Below, one piece after another: positions 28,707 through 38,436 of a stretch of 64,000 nt of DNA. Numbering within the stretch: position 1 is the first letter of the stretch; every line of letters starts with the position of its first letter. Position numbers and translations under genes: made by a program. Source of the stretch: a virus (taxonomy: Duplodnaviria > Caudoviricetes); IMG/VR virus record IMGVR_UViG_3300047160_022640, positions 23,769 through 87,768 of that record. One strand, written 5' to 3'. The notes under the pieces are model-generated. The model had not been told where the DNA came from and made no database searches. It saw only the letters and a list, made by a program, of their open reading frames with translations.

Positions 28707-30164
28707 ATGGCGGAACTCGTACAGCAAAAACAGCTATCTCTGACCGGGATCATCACCGGATCTACCGGCACAAGCGGTACGGGCGGCACCGGTCCTACCG
28801 GATCTACCGGATCGACAGGACCAACTGGGCCCGCCGGATCGGCGACAAACACTGGAGCGACAGGATTCACCGGATCGACAGGCGCGACTGGGCCATCGAA
28901 CACGCCGCCGTTGTCTTCGGTTCTAGCCGTCGGAAACACGACCGGCGCGCATGACATCATCGTCAATAACGGCCAAGCCATAGTCGGTGACACGGGCGGC
29001 AGCGTGCTCACGCTGAGAGGCGGCGCGGCCGGAGGCGCCACTATCGGCGGCGGTATCAGCGTCACCGCAACCGCGGGCGGAGCGACAGGTGGCAACGGCG
29101 GCCCGATCACCGTTCAAAGCGGAGCTGGCTTAGAAGGAGACGGCGGATCGATCACGGTCACTGCCGGCAACGCCGGCACCGCGTCAGCCGCTAATAGAGT
29201 AGGCGGCGTGGTCTCGATAACTGCAGGTACGGGCATCGGGACAGGCAACGGAGGAACGGCATCGCTCAAAGCCGGAGACACTATTTCTGGCACAGGCGGC
29301 GCCTGCTCGATACTGGGCGGCAACGGCGGGACTGGCTCTGGTTCTGGCGGCGGCGATGTGAACATCACTGGAGGGAACGGCGGTCAGAGCGGCATCGGCG
29401 GAAACGTCGTCATCGCGTCTGGAGACGGAGGATCTGTAACCAGCCAACCGGGAAACGTGACGATCAAGGGCGGTGTCGCTCGAGGGGCTGTTTCGAATGG
29501 CGGCGGCATCGTCATACAAGCCTCCAACGCGCACGGCACAGGCAACGGCGGCCAGGTGGTCATCACTGGAGGTGACAGCTCCAACAACGGTGTCACGGGC
29601 GGCGCTATCACGATCACCGCGGGCAATGCAACCGGGTCGGGGAGTACCGGTGGCGGTGTCACGATCACCGCGGGCGCAGGCAACCAAACCGGCACTGCCG
29701 GCAACGTTCTCATCACGGCCGGTGCGGGCGGTTCGACGACAGGCAACGGCGGCTCGGCCACGCTACGCGGCGGTCTGCCGGTTGCGGGCAACGGCGGCTC
29801 GGCGACCATTCAGGGGCAAGCCGGAGCAGGCGGTGCCGGGAACGGCGGCGATGCCGTCTCTCTCCCAGGCGCCGGCGCCGGCACCGGGACGCCCGGAAGC
29901 GCGCAGCTGCAAAGCGACAACGGATTTCCGCTCGTCGAAGCCGTTGCTATCGTCTCCGGATCACAACGTATCGTATCGATTGCCGGATCAGCGAAAGTCA
30001 CAACGACGCAGATGCCGACCAATACCGGCGATCGAGTCATCTACATCGCCAACGCTGCGACGGTGCCTACCGCCAACCCGGCATCTGGGGCTATTCTGTA
30101 CGCCGCTAACGGAGCGCTTTACATGCGCAGCGTAGGCGGTACCATCTCGAGAGCGGCGGCGTAA
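28707..30164 (+). CDS. Gly-rich fibre protein with GGxVxITAG repeats
   Basis: MAELVQQKQLSLTG N-terminus shared with 9979; many GG(D/N/S)VxI(T/A)(A/G)G repeats. Confidence 0.8.
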   Translation: MAELVQQKQLSLTGIITGSTGTSGTGGTGPTGSTGSTGPTGPAGSATNTGATGFTGSTGATGPSNTPPLSSVLAVGNTTGAHDIIVNNGQAIVGDTGGSVLTLRGGAAGGATIGGGISVTATAGGATGGNGGPITVQSGAGLEGDGGSITVTAGNAGTASAANRVGGVVSITAGTGIGTGNGGTASLKAGDTISGTGGACSILGGNGGTGSGSGGGDVNITGGNGGQSGIGGNVVIASGDGGSVTSQPGNVTIKGGVARGAVSNGGGIVIQASNAHGTGNGGQVVITGGDSSNNGVTGGAITITAGNATGSGSTGGGVTITAGAGNQTGTAGNVLITAGAGGSTTGNGGSATLRGGLPVAGNGGSATIQGQAGAGGAGNGGDAVSLPGAGAGTGTPGSAQLQSDNGFPLVEAVAIVSGSQRIVSIAGSAKVTTTQMPTNTGDRVIYIANAATVPTANPASGAILYAANGALYMRSVGGTISRAAA

Positions 30165-30168
30165 AACC

Positions 30169-30576
30169 ATGGCCAGATACGGCGGAATACTTGTCGCGGG
30201 GGGCCCCACCAATACGGTCAACACGGCCACGTCGACGATCGCAACGCTGGATGTGTCCGCGCCATCTTTCAGCGCGAGCCCGAACAACGTCGGGTTCTAC
30301 GTCGAGGGCATTCTCGTTGGGAAAGAAACGACAAGCAACGATGTCGTATCATGCCGAGTGTCGCGTTCGTTCAAAAATATTGCCGGGACACTCACCGCTC
30401 TCGGCGCAGGTGTTGCGAACATTTCACCGATGGCCGGCGACGCCTCGATCGTCGCCTCCGTACCGCTACTCAATGTGTCCGGAACTACGGTGCAACTGCA
30501 GGCGACCGGCGTCGCGGCGACGACGATCGAGTGGACGGGTTACCTGATCTTCTACGGCGGCCAGTTTACCGGTTAG
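30169..30576 (+). CDS. Hypothetical virion-associated beta protein
   Basis: 135 aa, 4 nt after the previous stop. Confidence 0.6.
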   Translation: MARYGGILVAGGPTNTVNTATSTIATLDVSAPSFSASPNNVGFYVEGILVGKETTSNDVVSCRVSRSFKNIAGTLTALGAGVANISPMAGDASIVASVPLLNVSGTTVQLQATGVAATTIEWTGYLIFYGGQFTG

Positions 30577-30962
30577 GATTTCTCCGTTCGGGCGCCGACG
30601 ATCTCGCGCATGAAGGGAATGCACGCCATCGCTCCGGTCGGATTGTACGTGACACCCAGCTCCACGGATCGCTTTAGGCGCAGCCAGTCCGTCTCATCGA
30701 GGGCGACCGTAGCTCCCGGCCGCAGATCAACCGTCTTGGCGATGATCGTCTGCGCGCTCACGAGCGCAACCATCGTCCAGTGGACCGTGTTCGCATCCTT
30801 CGGACTGTCCGAAACGAATGCGGGATCGACGCACCTGCCGCGTATGAACTGCACATGACTTTCGGTAAGCGATCTACCGGCAGAGTCGCACGCGGGGCGC
30901 CCATCGAGTTCGCTCAAAGCGACGTCCGGTAAAATCGTGAAATAGCGAAGATTGTTCGACAT
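30573..30962 (-). CDS. Hypothetical protein (antisense to the structural operon)
   Basis: MSNNLRYFTILP..; fills the gap between plus-strand genes with a 4-nt stop overlap. Confidence 0.55.
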   Translation of the reverse strand: MSNNLRYFTILPDVALSELDGRPACDSAGRSLTESHVQFIRGRCVDPAFVSDSPKDANTVHWTMVALVSAQTIIAKTVDLRPGATVALDETDWLRLKRSVELGVTYNPTGAMACIPFMREIVGARTEKS

Positions 30963-31005
30963 CGGGAAAATCGTACCGCGATCTGATAGGCTTTGGCGAG
31001 CAATC

Positions 31006-31686
31006 GTGGCTACGACCAGCATCCTAGCCGTTCCTGGCATCGGACGAGTCGATCAGGGGTTCCTGAATTCGCTCGCAGCCGTAGCCGATCGGCACAACTG
31101 GAACGCTGACGGAATCGCCGGCGTTATATCTCACGAGAGCGGCTTCAACGCCGCAGCGCACACGCCGATCGTCGGCCAGACTGCGACGGGACTGATCCAA
31201 TTCACCGAACACACAGCTAACACGCTCGGTACGACGACTGCGGCGCTGCGTACAATGTCCGCGACGCAGCAGTTGCCTTACGTCGAAGCGTTCTTCGCGA
31301 AAACGCTTCCGACGGTGCCTGCGGATCCAGCGGACTATATACTAGCTACGTACGGTCGATCTGATCTGATCGGTAAGGACCCGTCCGTCGTAATCGATAG
31401 CGGTTCTTCGACAGATCCAAACGAAGTTCAAAGATACAAACTGAATAGCGCACTCGATCGAGCGAACAAGGGATACATCACCGTCGGTGATCTTCGTTCG
31501 GTTATGAACGCCACCTTCGCGGGAGCTAACGGTCGCAGGTTGCCGATCGTGCCGGAAATAGAAATACTGTCGTCTCCGACGAAAACGACTCAGCCGATCC
31601 TTCTCGTGACGATTGCTGCGCTGAGCCTCTCCGTCGCGGCCGGGTACGCCGCGCATCAGACACTCAAGCGATGGCCGACTAGGTGA
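31006..31686 (+). CDS. Lytic transglycosylase (SLT/lysozyme-like) with C-terminal TM anchor
   Basis: ISHESGFN (catalytic Glu), ATGLIQF, MSATQQLPYV; C-terminal ILLVTIAALSLSVAAGYAA then basic residues; GTG start inferred. Confidence 0.8.
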   Translation: MATTSILAVPGIGRVDQGFLNSLAAVADRHNWNADGIAGVISHESGFNAAAHTPIVGQTATGLIQFTEHTANTLGTTTAALRTMSATQQLPYVEAFFAKTLPTVPADPADYILATYGRSDLIGKDPSVVIDSGSSTDPNEVQRYKLNSALDRANKGYITVGDLRSVMNATFAGANGRRLPIVPEIEILSSPTKTTQPILLVTIAALSLSVAAGYAAHQTLKRWPTR

Positions 31687-31749
31687 GATATTTCGATATC
31701 TTACGACTCGCACGCTACAGCGTGAATGCGAATAGTGTAGGCTCTTGAC

Positions 31750-33417
31750 ATGCCTGAATTCGGCGTAGGCGCTCAGATCGGTCCGAATCTGCAGAAGATG
31801 ATCGATCAGGCACATCTGCCGTCATGGCTGTCTGACCGCTTTCACGACGAAGGTGCCGCGCTTCAGCAGGCGAGCTTTGCCGCCACCATGTACGTCAAAG
31901 GGTACGGGCGTGATCCCCGCTTCGGGCTACCGACCGATCAGACATCGCTCAATATCCTTCTGAATCCGAGCGATCCTTTTTGGTCTTCAACGCAGCAACA
32001 CGGCGCAGACCGCGACTACGGTGTCTCTCACGCGCCGAAACTATCGACGACGACACATTGGACACTTGGTCCTTTCGAGAGCATCGCCAAAATCCCGATA
32101 TTAGGACCCGTGTTCAAAGCCGCTGTCGCCCCGATCACGTCGGTCGCGCACCTTGCCGAGGGGCAACCTATCGGTCAGGCGATGAAAGACAACTTCGCGT
32201 CGCAAGTCGGGGCGATCAAAGCGGTCGGTCCCTACGCCGTTACTGTTATCTCGTTCGTACTACCCGGCATCGGCACCGGCGTCGCCGCTGCGCTCTCCGC
32301 TGGCGCAGCTCTCGCGGAAGGCAAGCCCATCGACGCAGCGCTCGAGGACGCGATCAAGGGCGCAATCCCAGGCGGCGCTCTTGCCGCAAGCGGCTTCGAG
32401 CTCGCGAAACGCGTAGCCAGTGGAGAAAACGTGGGAAAGGCAGCGCTCGAGAGCGCGCGCACAGCGTTGCCTCCCGAGGCTCAAAAAGCTTTCGATGTAG
32501 GAATCGCTGTTGTTACCGGCAAGCAACTCCAGCAAGCACTCACCGCCGGTATCACAAGTCTCGCGCCCGATGCTATCAAACAGGTCTTCGATGTCGGTGC
32601 GAAAGCAATTCAATCGACGCCCGGTCTCGCGGCAATCGTACAATCACTTCCGAGCGATGTAGCAAAGCAGGGGGCGCAACTCGCTTCAGGAGCGCTCGCG
32701 CACGCCGGCATCAACGAAACACAGATCCGTGCGATGCGCTCGAAACTCACGGGCGATACGCTCAAAGGGTTCGACGCTGGACTGCAGGGGCAGATTAAAC
32801 ACTTCCCATGGATCGAGAGCATCGCCGGTATGCCGCCTGGAGCAACTTCCACGCCGGTAGTGGAAACTACGGAACAACAGGAGCTCAGCCAGCTGGCGCA
32901 GCTCGCTCCCGATCAACAGAAACAGCTCGTCAATCTCGCTGCTCTTTCGAAGTTGACGCCCGATCAGCAGGCACAGTTGGTTGCCTACGCGCAAGCGCAA
33001 AAGCAACCGACGGCCGCTCCGAAACCGCCTGAGCCGGCAAAACCACAGGCAGTACCGAAACCGCCTGAACCGACCCGTGCGGCGCCCGCAGCGCCCGCTG
33101 GTCCGTCTGTCACACCCGCTGCGGGGCCGCCGGCCTATCCGCCGTACCCGAAGGCGACGGGCACCGTCCACGGGCTCGGAAAGCCCTCCTACGGCGGCTA
33201 TCCTGGCGGTGGCGGCGCGCTCGGGGAACCGGCGCCTTCCTGCCGCGTGTGGGGCGCGCCCGTCGAGTTCGATCCTGCCATGCGTGCCGCCGCACGCGCG
33301 GCGCTCGCCTCCTCGAAGGGGCGTCCCGCGGTGTCGCGCGCGCCCGGAGGCGTTCTGTACATGTTCTCACTCGAAAACGGCGTGCTCCAGGCCCGCCCCT
33401 GCGTTTCCGGAGAGTGA
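31750..33417 (+). CDS. Ala/Gly-rich putative virion membrane / DNA-delivery protein
   Basis: 555 aa; hydrophobic VTVISFVLPGIGTGVAAAL segment, helical Ala-rich core, Pro-rich tail. Confidence 0.55.
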   Translation: MPEFGVGAQIGPNLQKMIDQAHLPSWLSDRFHDEGAALQQASFAATMYVKGYGRDPRFGLPTDQTSLNILLNPSDPFWSSTQQHGADRDYGVSHAPKLSTTTHWTLGPFESIAKIPILGPVFKAAVAPITSVAHLAEGQPIGQAMKDNFASQVGAIKAVGPYAVTVISFVLPGIGTGVAAALSAGAALAEGKPIDAALEDAIKGAIPGGALAASGFELAKRVASGENVGKAALESARTALPPEAQKAFDVGIAVVTGKQLQQALTAGITSLAPDAIKQVFDVGAKAIQSTPGLAAIVQSLPSDVAKQGAQLASGALAHAGINETQIRAMRSKLTGDTLKGFDAGLQGQIKHFPWIESIAGMPPGATSTPVVETTEQQELSQLAQLAPDQQKQLVNLAALSKLTPDQQAQLVAYAQAQKQPTAAPKPPEPAKPQAVPKPPEPTRAAPAAPAGPSVTPAAGPPAYPPYPKATGTVHGLGKPSYGGYPGGGGALGEPAPSCRVWGAPVEFDPAMRAAARAALASSKGRPAVSRAPGGVLYMFSLENGVLQARPCVSGE

Positions 33418-33418
33418 A

Positions 33419-33574
33419 ATGCCGCGCTGGTTCCCCTACGCCATGGTCGCCTCGCTCGTCGTCGCTATCGGCGCTGGTGTTCGTTCCGGGTGGAAGACAT
33501 CCGCGGATCAGCCGAAACCACCTCCACCTCCACCGCCCCCGAGCAACGCCCTGAGCGATTGGTTTGGCGCGTAA
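33419..33574 (+). CDS. Small membrane protein
   Basis: MPRWFPYAMVASLVVAIGAGV.. then poly-Pro; starts 1 nt after the upstream stop. Confidence 0.6.
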   Translation: MPRWFPYAMVASLVVAIGAGVRSGWKTSADQPKPPPPPPPPSNALSDWFGA

Positions 33575-33631
33575 ATCGCAGAATCAGCCGCTCTGGCCCT
33601 GACCACGGGGCTCTTTGCCGGGAGGGCGAAC

Positions 33632-33904
33632 GTGATTCGAGACGAACTGTTACTAGACGCTGAGCATCTGATCGAAGCTTTCAATGGGGCGAAAACGGTT
33701 ACCGAGGCGAAAGAGCACTACCTCGCGTTGACCAAGCGCCTGATCCCGCACATTTACACCGAAAGCCCGGCACTCGGCGCCGCCGTCAAGCGGAAACTCC
33801 GTCGAGCTATCGACCGAAGAATCGCGCGGGCCGGGGGCGCGGTATCCTATTGCCGTGGCGCACGAGGACGATCGGAGCTCGAAGGAGCCGACGACTGTCG
33901 ATGA
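33632..33904 (+). CDS. Hypothetical protein
   Basis: GGGAGG ribosome-binding site, 90 aa. Confidence 0.5.
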   Translation: MIRDELLLDAEHLIEAFNGAKTVTEAKEHYLALTKRLIPHIYTESPALGAAVKRKLRRAIDRRIARAGGAVSYCRGARGRSELEGADDCR

Positions 33905-34091
33905 GACGCGTGCGGCGCGCTACCGGCGGGAGCACGGCGAGTTTCTCGAGCACAGTCTTCGTCCGCTTCCGCCGCTATCGCCACCGCCGCCCCCGCGCGC
34001 GAACGGATGGTTCGCGCGCATGCTCTGGTTTCTCGTTGTGGTCTATGGAACCTTCATGGGTATCCGGTGGCTGGCTCAGAGACTCTTCTAG
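33855..34091 (+). CDS. Small membrane protein
   Basis: Pro-rich region followed by C-terminal TM segment. Confidence 0.55.
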   Translation: MAHEDDRSSKEPTTVDETRAARYRREHGEFLEHSLRPLPPLSPPPPPRANGWFARMLWFLVVVYGTFMGIRWLAQRLF

Positions 34092-34690
34092 TCCGTACCC
34101 TGTTCCGCCAAACCGATGCCGGTGACCAAGAAGTCGTTGCCGAAGTCGCATAGCACGCTCATCGCACCGCCGTTGAAGGTGCCGAGACTGCCGTCCGGCT
34201 CATGCAAAAGCGTAGGGAACGCCAGGTTGAATGTGACCGGCGTTCCCGACGGGCGCGTTGGACTGTACTGAAGCGTCGATGTCGTTCCACCGATATCTAC
34301 CGGCGCACCGACCGATGTCGTTGGAGTTTCTACCATGTTCAAGAAACACGAGATGTGACCGTAGTTCCACCCGCTCGGACCGGTGCCGTTCTGCATGGCG
34401 TAGATGGTGACCGACAGCGGCATCGTTAAGAGATGATCGCGTGAGATCGACCACTGAAACTCGCAGTGATCTGTCGCTCCGTGTTGGCTCTGCGGTATGC
34501 CGACGATGTTCCCGCGAAAGACGGGGATCGGACCTCCGTTGGCAAAGACGCACGAGTTTATTTTCGCGCTACCGCCAGAGAACGTCTTGGAGTCAACAAC
34601 GAGCTGCGCGCCGGCGCGACGTCCGTGTATCGCCAACAAAGCGATCCCAACAACAGTGAGCAGAAGAATCGAACTGATTTTTTTGATCAT
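34088..34690 (-). CDS. Secreted protein with signal peptide
   Basis: MIKKISSILLLTVVGIALLAIHGRRAGAQ signal-like start; Cys-containing beta domain. Confidence 0.7.
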   Translation of the reverse strand: MIKKISSILLLTVVGIALLAIHGRRAGAQLVVDSKTFSGGSAKINSCVFANGGPIPVFRGNIVGIPQSQHGATDHCEFQWSISRDHLLTMPLSVTIYAMQNGTGPSGWNYGHISCFLNMVETPTTSVGAPVDIGGTTSTLQYSPTRPSGTPVTFNLAFPTLLHEPDGSLGTFNGGAMSVLCDFGNDFLVTGIGLAEQGTD

Positions 34691-34721
34691 TGACCGTCCC
34701 TTTTGTAGTCGCTCATTAGCC

Positions 34722-34958
34722 TCAGATCTCACCGAACAGATCTTCGCCGTTGACTTTCTCGACCGTCTGCGGCGCCGGCGGCGGCGTATGCGTCGCACTC
34801 GACCGCTCGGTAGTCGGCGGCGGCGGCTCCGACGGCGGCGTTGAGGGGCGCGGCTGCTCTGCTGTACGCAGCCGCTGAGAGCACGCGGGGCAGTATCCCG
34901 CGGTGTTGACGCCTTTGATGTGATGGCAGCCTTTGCAAGGCATTCTTCGTGCGGACAT
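34722..34958 (-). CDS. Small CxxC-CxxC protein
   Basis: CKGC..CPAC, Pro-rich tail. Confidence 0.5.
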   Translation of the reverse strand: MSARRMPCKGCHHIKGVNTAGYCPACSQRLRTAEQPRPSTPPSEPPPPTTERSSATHTPPPAPQTVEKVNGEDLFGEI

Positions 34959-34961
34959 GTT

Positions 34962-35234
34962 TCAGATCCCTTTCTGTAGCGCACAGATACGGCTAGGCAC
35001 ATTGAATGACGTGCCGATCTTGATCGCACCAGCTTGTTCTTCTTGCGCGAAGTAGACCATCGCGCGCGGATTGCTATGCTGACGGGCTACTTCGATTTGC
35101 CAGTCCTCTTTTCTGTCAAGCCATTCCTGAACTAACTGACGCTTGATATCTCGAGATCCTTCAAAGCACGGATCATCCGTACCGCCTCGACGCATGGCTT
35201 CCTCGTTGAGCCAGAGAACAAAATCAGTGTTCAC
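34962..35234 (-). pseudogene. Truncated T5orf172/GIY-YIG-like protein
   Basis: VYFAQ..AIKIGTS..SRICALQ then an immediate stop. Confidence 0.5.
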
Positions 35235-36319
35235 GACTCTGATGCCTTTTTTCGGTTTGCGAGCGCCTCGTCGAGCAGTCCGCGTCCTGCCGATTCTTCG
35301 ATGAGCCCTGCGCGCCGAACATAACCAAGTAACTCTTTCGTGCCGTTGTGTCCGGTCGACTGCATGATGTCGGGTACCTTGCGCCCTAGCTTGTAGGCGC
35401 TAGTGACAAATCCGCTTCGCAACGAGTGACCTCCGAAATTCGCAGGATCCAATCCGAGCAATGCGACATAGTGCTGCACGCGTCGCGATACTCCCTCAGG
35501 GGCTAGCCCTCGCTCTGCGATCTCGCCGCTGTGCATGTCGACACCTCGAAACACTGGGCCTCGGTCGATCTTCGATACGGCGAACCATCTCCGAAGCGCT
35601 GCAACAGGGCAGTACCGCGTGTCCGTCGCAGGCGTGAGCGCAACGCGCAATGTCTTCCCTGTCTGATCGGCTTTGCTGCGCGGAATCGTCCAAATGAACG
35701 CGCCGCCCGGCTCGGCGACGTACTGAAAGTGCTCAACGTGTGCTCCAGCAATCTCGCTTCGCCGGCGTCCGCCGCCTTGCCACCCGACGAGAAGCATTGC
35801 GCGATCGCGAATCCCGCGAACATCATCACTTATCAGGTCGCACACGCGAAATAGAAGTCCCTCTCCCGTGATCCCTAGATCATGCTTCTGCCGCTTCGGC
35901 GCGGTACCCTTGAGTCGCGCTAGCGTATCACGATGTTCGGTGATAAGCGGTTCATGCCAGGGACTTACGTGTCCTGCCGCACGATGGCTTCTGCATATCG
36001 CCGACAAGGTACGGATCAACGCACTGTACCCGAACGGTCCCTTCGGCTTTCCTCGTTTTAGATCAGCCGGATCGCGCCCCTTGTCCGCGAGCTCCTGCAA
36101 GTAGGCGCGGATGGCCTTTGGGGGCGCCGGGAGCGGCTCAAGCCCATGACGAGCACACCAGGAGGCGAAACAGGCCAACTCGAGCTCGTAGGCTCGCCTA
36201 GTGTTCGGCGGGATAACTTCTTCGGCCGCCTCCTCTGCACGCCGATCAAGCGCAACGAGCTCTCCCTGCGCGCGCGCTAGCGCGTGCTCCTCGTGTTTGG
36301 ATATCTGCTTATCAGTCAT
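35231..36319 (-). CDS. Tyrosine recombinase (Cre-like, N-terminal SAM-like domain)
   Basis: NTRRAY..FASWC; RDRAMLL..RRSEI; SKADQ; HSLRSG; TGH..ELLGY. Confidence 0.93.
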   Translation of the reverse strand: MTDKQISKHEEHALARAQGELVALDRRAEEAAEEVIPPNTRRAYELELACFASWCARHGLEPLPAPPKAIRAYLQELADKGRDPADLKRGKPKGPFGYSALIRTLSAICRSHRAAGHVSPWHEPLITEHRDTLARLKGTAPKRQKHDLGITGEGLLFRVCDLISDDVRGIRDRAMLLVGWQGGGRRRSEIAGAHVEHFQYVAEPGGAFIWTIPRSKADQTGKTLRVALTPATDTRYCPVAALRRWFAVSKIDRGPVFRGVDMHSGEIAERGLAPEGVSRRVQHYVALLGLDPANFGGHSLRSGFVTSAYKLGRKVPDIMQSTGHNGTKELLGYVRRAGLIEESAGRGLLDEALANRKKASES

Positions 36320-36565
36320 CGGTGACCAAGAACCACGACATCGAGCGGCGCGCTCGGCGTCGACACAGTACCTTGTCCGAGAATACGCACTACGGGCGAC
36401 GGCGCCCACTGTAGAGCGCGCGCAAGCGCGAAGAGGGCCCGCAAGTTCTTTCTACGCTGACGAGCGAGACGACGGCGGCCAGATCGCGGCATCGCAAAAT
36501 ACGCTGTTTTCGAGGCTGTGCTGCATATCTGATCTATTACATATACACGGTAAACGCCTTACAGT

Positions 36566-36590
36566 GCGTGATAAGAATACCTTATCACGC
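36566..36590. promoter_or_regulatory. Palindromic candidate recombination/operator site
   Basis: GCGTGATAAG-AATAC-CTTATCACGC perfect 10-bp inverted repeat upstream of the recombinase. Confidence 0.45.
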
Positions 36591-36747
36591 CCTTCTCTCG
36601 CGGGTCAAGATACAGCCGAGTGACGTTGTGAATCACGCCGGTATTCACGCACCCGTGCAGGCGTCTACCAGGTCAACGCTAGGCACTCACCGGGCGCGCC
36701 CCCGGCACCGCGCAAGGACCGGTGCCACCCGTGTTATTCTGGGCTCT

Positions 36748-37902
36748 ATGGCGAGCCAAATCATTCTCGCGTGGCGAATGTCTGTGGGCGGCAGCTCTTT
36801 CGGGTCTGCGCAAGCAGTTACTGCGCTCGGCGCGGTGCCTCTCTACGAAAATTTGTCAGCGGATCCAATCTTAGGACAACTGCTCGGACTCACGGTGGCG
36901 AGCGACGCTACCGTCGACCTCGGTGGCGGCGTCGTTCAACGAACGTTGACGCTCAACATGGCATCGCCGCAAGCCGCGCCGCCCGCGTTTCCCTGCCGAC
37001 CGGTCTCGTCGACACCGCCTGAGCTCCCACTTCCGCTTCGCAAGGCCATCGCGCTTCCTGGTTCGTTTTTCGTGCAGCAGGGATCGGTGAACATCGCAAC
37101 GACGATGACTCAGCTCCCGTCGATTCCTCCGAACAGCTACATCCAGTTCCTTTCTCAGCTCGGTGTCTTCTACCAAGTACTAGCAGTCGGCTCCACGTCG
37201 ATCTTGCTTGCCACCCCATACTCCGGAGCGACGACGAACACCGGTGCGAACAAGGAAGTAGCAACCCCAGTCACGAAAGCCGCAATCTACTCGACCTCGC
37301 CACTCGACACGAATGGCGTCGCAACGTCGCCATCGATCCCCGCGGGACCTGGCGCGCAGAACATCATTCTGTCCTACAAAGACTCGACTGGCGCAGGGCC
37401 TTTCACGATGACCATCAACCTCACCGGCAAACGTCCGGCGCAATTCGCACTCGTTGGCGGGAGCGTCGACATCGCCGAGATCGACTCTTTCGGAGTCGGC
37501 GGCGTCGGGAGCTTCGGCAATAGCGTGGGGCAGATCACGCTGGTCGAACTCACGAGCGATCTCCCGGCGATTCTTTCGAATCGCACTGCGGACGACTTCC
37601 CGGCACTGACCGACGAAGCGCAGATGCTGATCAAAAACCCGCTCGTGTATTTGCCGCCGAGTTATTTCGCGCTCGCTCAACAAGGCAATGCGCAAACACC
37701 CTCGCCGACACCTCCGACGAGCGCGCAGCTCTCATCGCTCATCGGACAGTTCGTCGCGCCGGAAGTTGCGATGCCGCCCCTGAAACCGCCACTCAATCCG
37801 TCGACGGTGCCGATTCCGACCTTCTTGAGTGGGTTCTTCACGCAAACGCTCCAGCTCGCACTCGCGGTGCCTGTAGCGCCGCAACCGATTGCGTTCGCGT
37901 GA
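36748..37902 (+). CDS. Putative virion structural protein
   Basis: 384 aa, Thr/Gly/Pro-rich and beta-like, resembling the structural block in composition. Confidence 0.55.
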   Translation: MASQIILAWRMSVGGSSFGSAQAVTALGAVPLYENLSADPILGQLLGLTVASDATVDLGGGVVQRTLTLNMASPQAAPPAFPCRPVSSTPPELPLPLRKAIALPGSFFVQQGSVNIATTMTQLPSIPPNSYIQFLSQLGVFYQVLAVGSTSILLATPYSGATTNTGANKEVATPVTKAAIYSTSPLDTNGVATSPSIPAGPGAQNIILSYKDSTGAGPFTMTINLTGKRPAQFALVGGSVDIAEIDSFGVGGVGSFGNSVGQITLVELTSDLPAILSNRTADDFPALTDEAQMLIKNPLVYLPPSYFALAQQGNAQTPSPTPPTSAQLSSLIGQFVAPEVAMPPLKPPLNPSTVPIPTFLSGFFTQTLQLALAVPVAPQPIAFA

Positions 37903-37953
37903 TGCGCGACCGGCTGCTCGAAGCTGCCTATCGCTCAAGGCTATGCGCGGCGC

Positions 37954-38436
37954 CTAGAGAGTTCTGGTTCGAGTTGGATGCTCGAGCACGAGAACACGAA
38001 CAAGGTACGCCCCGCCATCCAGCGTTACATTCTCCATATCCGCTGTCCCTCGACCGCCGGGGAAAGCCGCCGTCCCATCGGGATCGAATCCCTTGAACAT
38101 GCGACGGTTGCGTAGCGGTCCCGCAGCGAGTCCTTCAGTCTGCCAGAGCGCTGCATAACGCGCGCAGGGGACGTTGTTCTCTTTCGCCCACTCACGCGCA
38201 AGCGCGTCGGCGCCATCTGCGTCGCCTTGAGCGATCTCTCTAGGTTTGAGGATACCCATCACTTCGAAGAAAACGCGCCGCTCGCGCTCGACACGCTTAT
38301 CGTCTTCGCGATCCGCTTCGAGGCTCGGGTAACGCCCGATCTTTTTTCCGTACATGCGGCCGCCGCACACGATGAGACGATCACCGACGGGCGCCTCGTG
38401 AAAACGCAGTATTCGCCCTGGCTTAGATACTCTCAC
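37954..38436 (-). CDS. SLOG family (DUF2493/YspA-like) protein
   Basis: LIVCGGR..QGDADGADALAREWA..AGPLRNRRM..AFPGGRGTADM. Confidence 0.8.
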   Translation of the reverse strand: MRVSKPGRILRFHEAPVGDRLIVCGGRMYGKKIGRYPSLEADREDDKRVERERRVFFEVMGILKPREIAQGDADGADALAREWAKENNVPCARYAALWQTEGLAAGPLRNRRMFKGFDPDGTAAFPGGRGTADMENVTLDGGAYLVRVLVLEHPTRTRTL

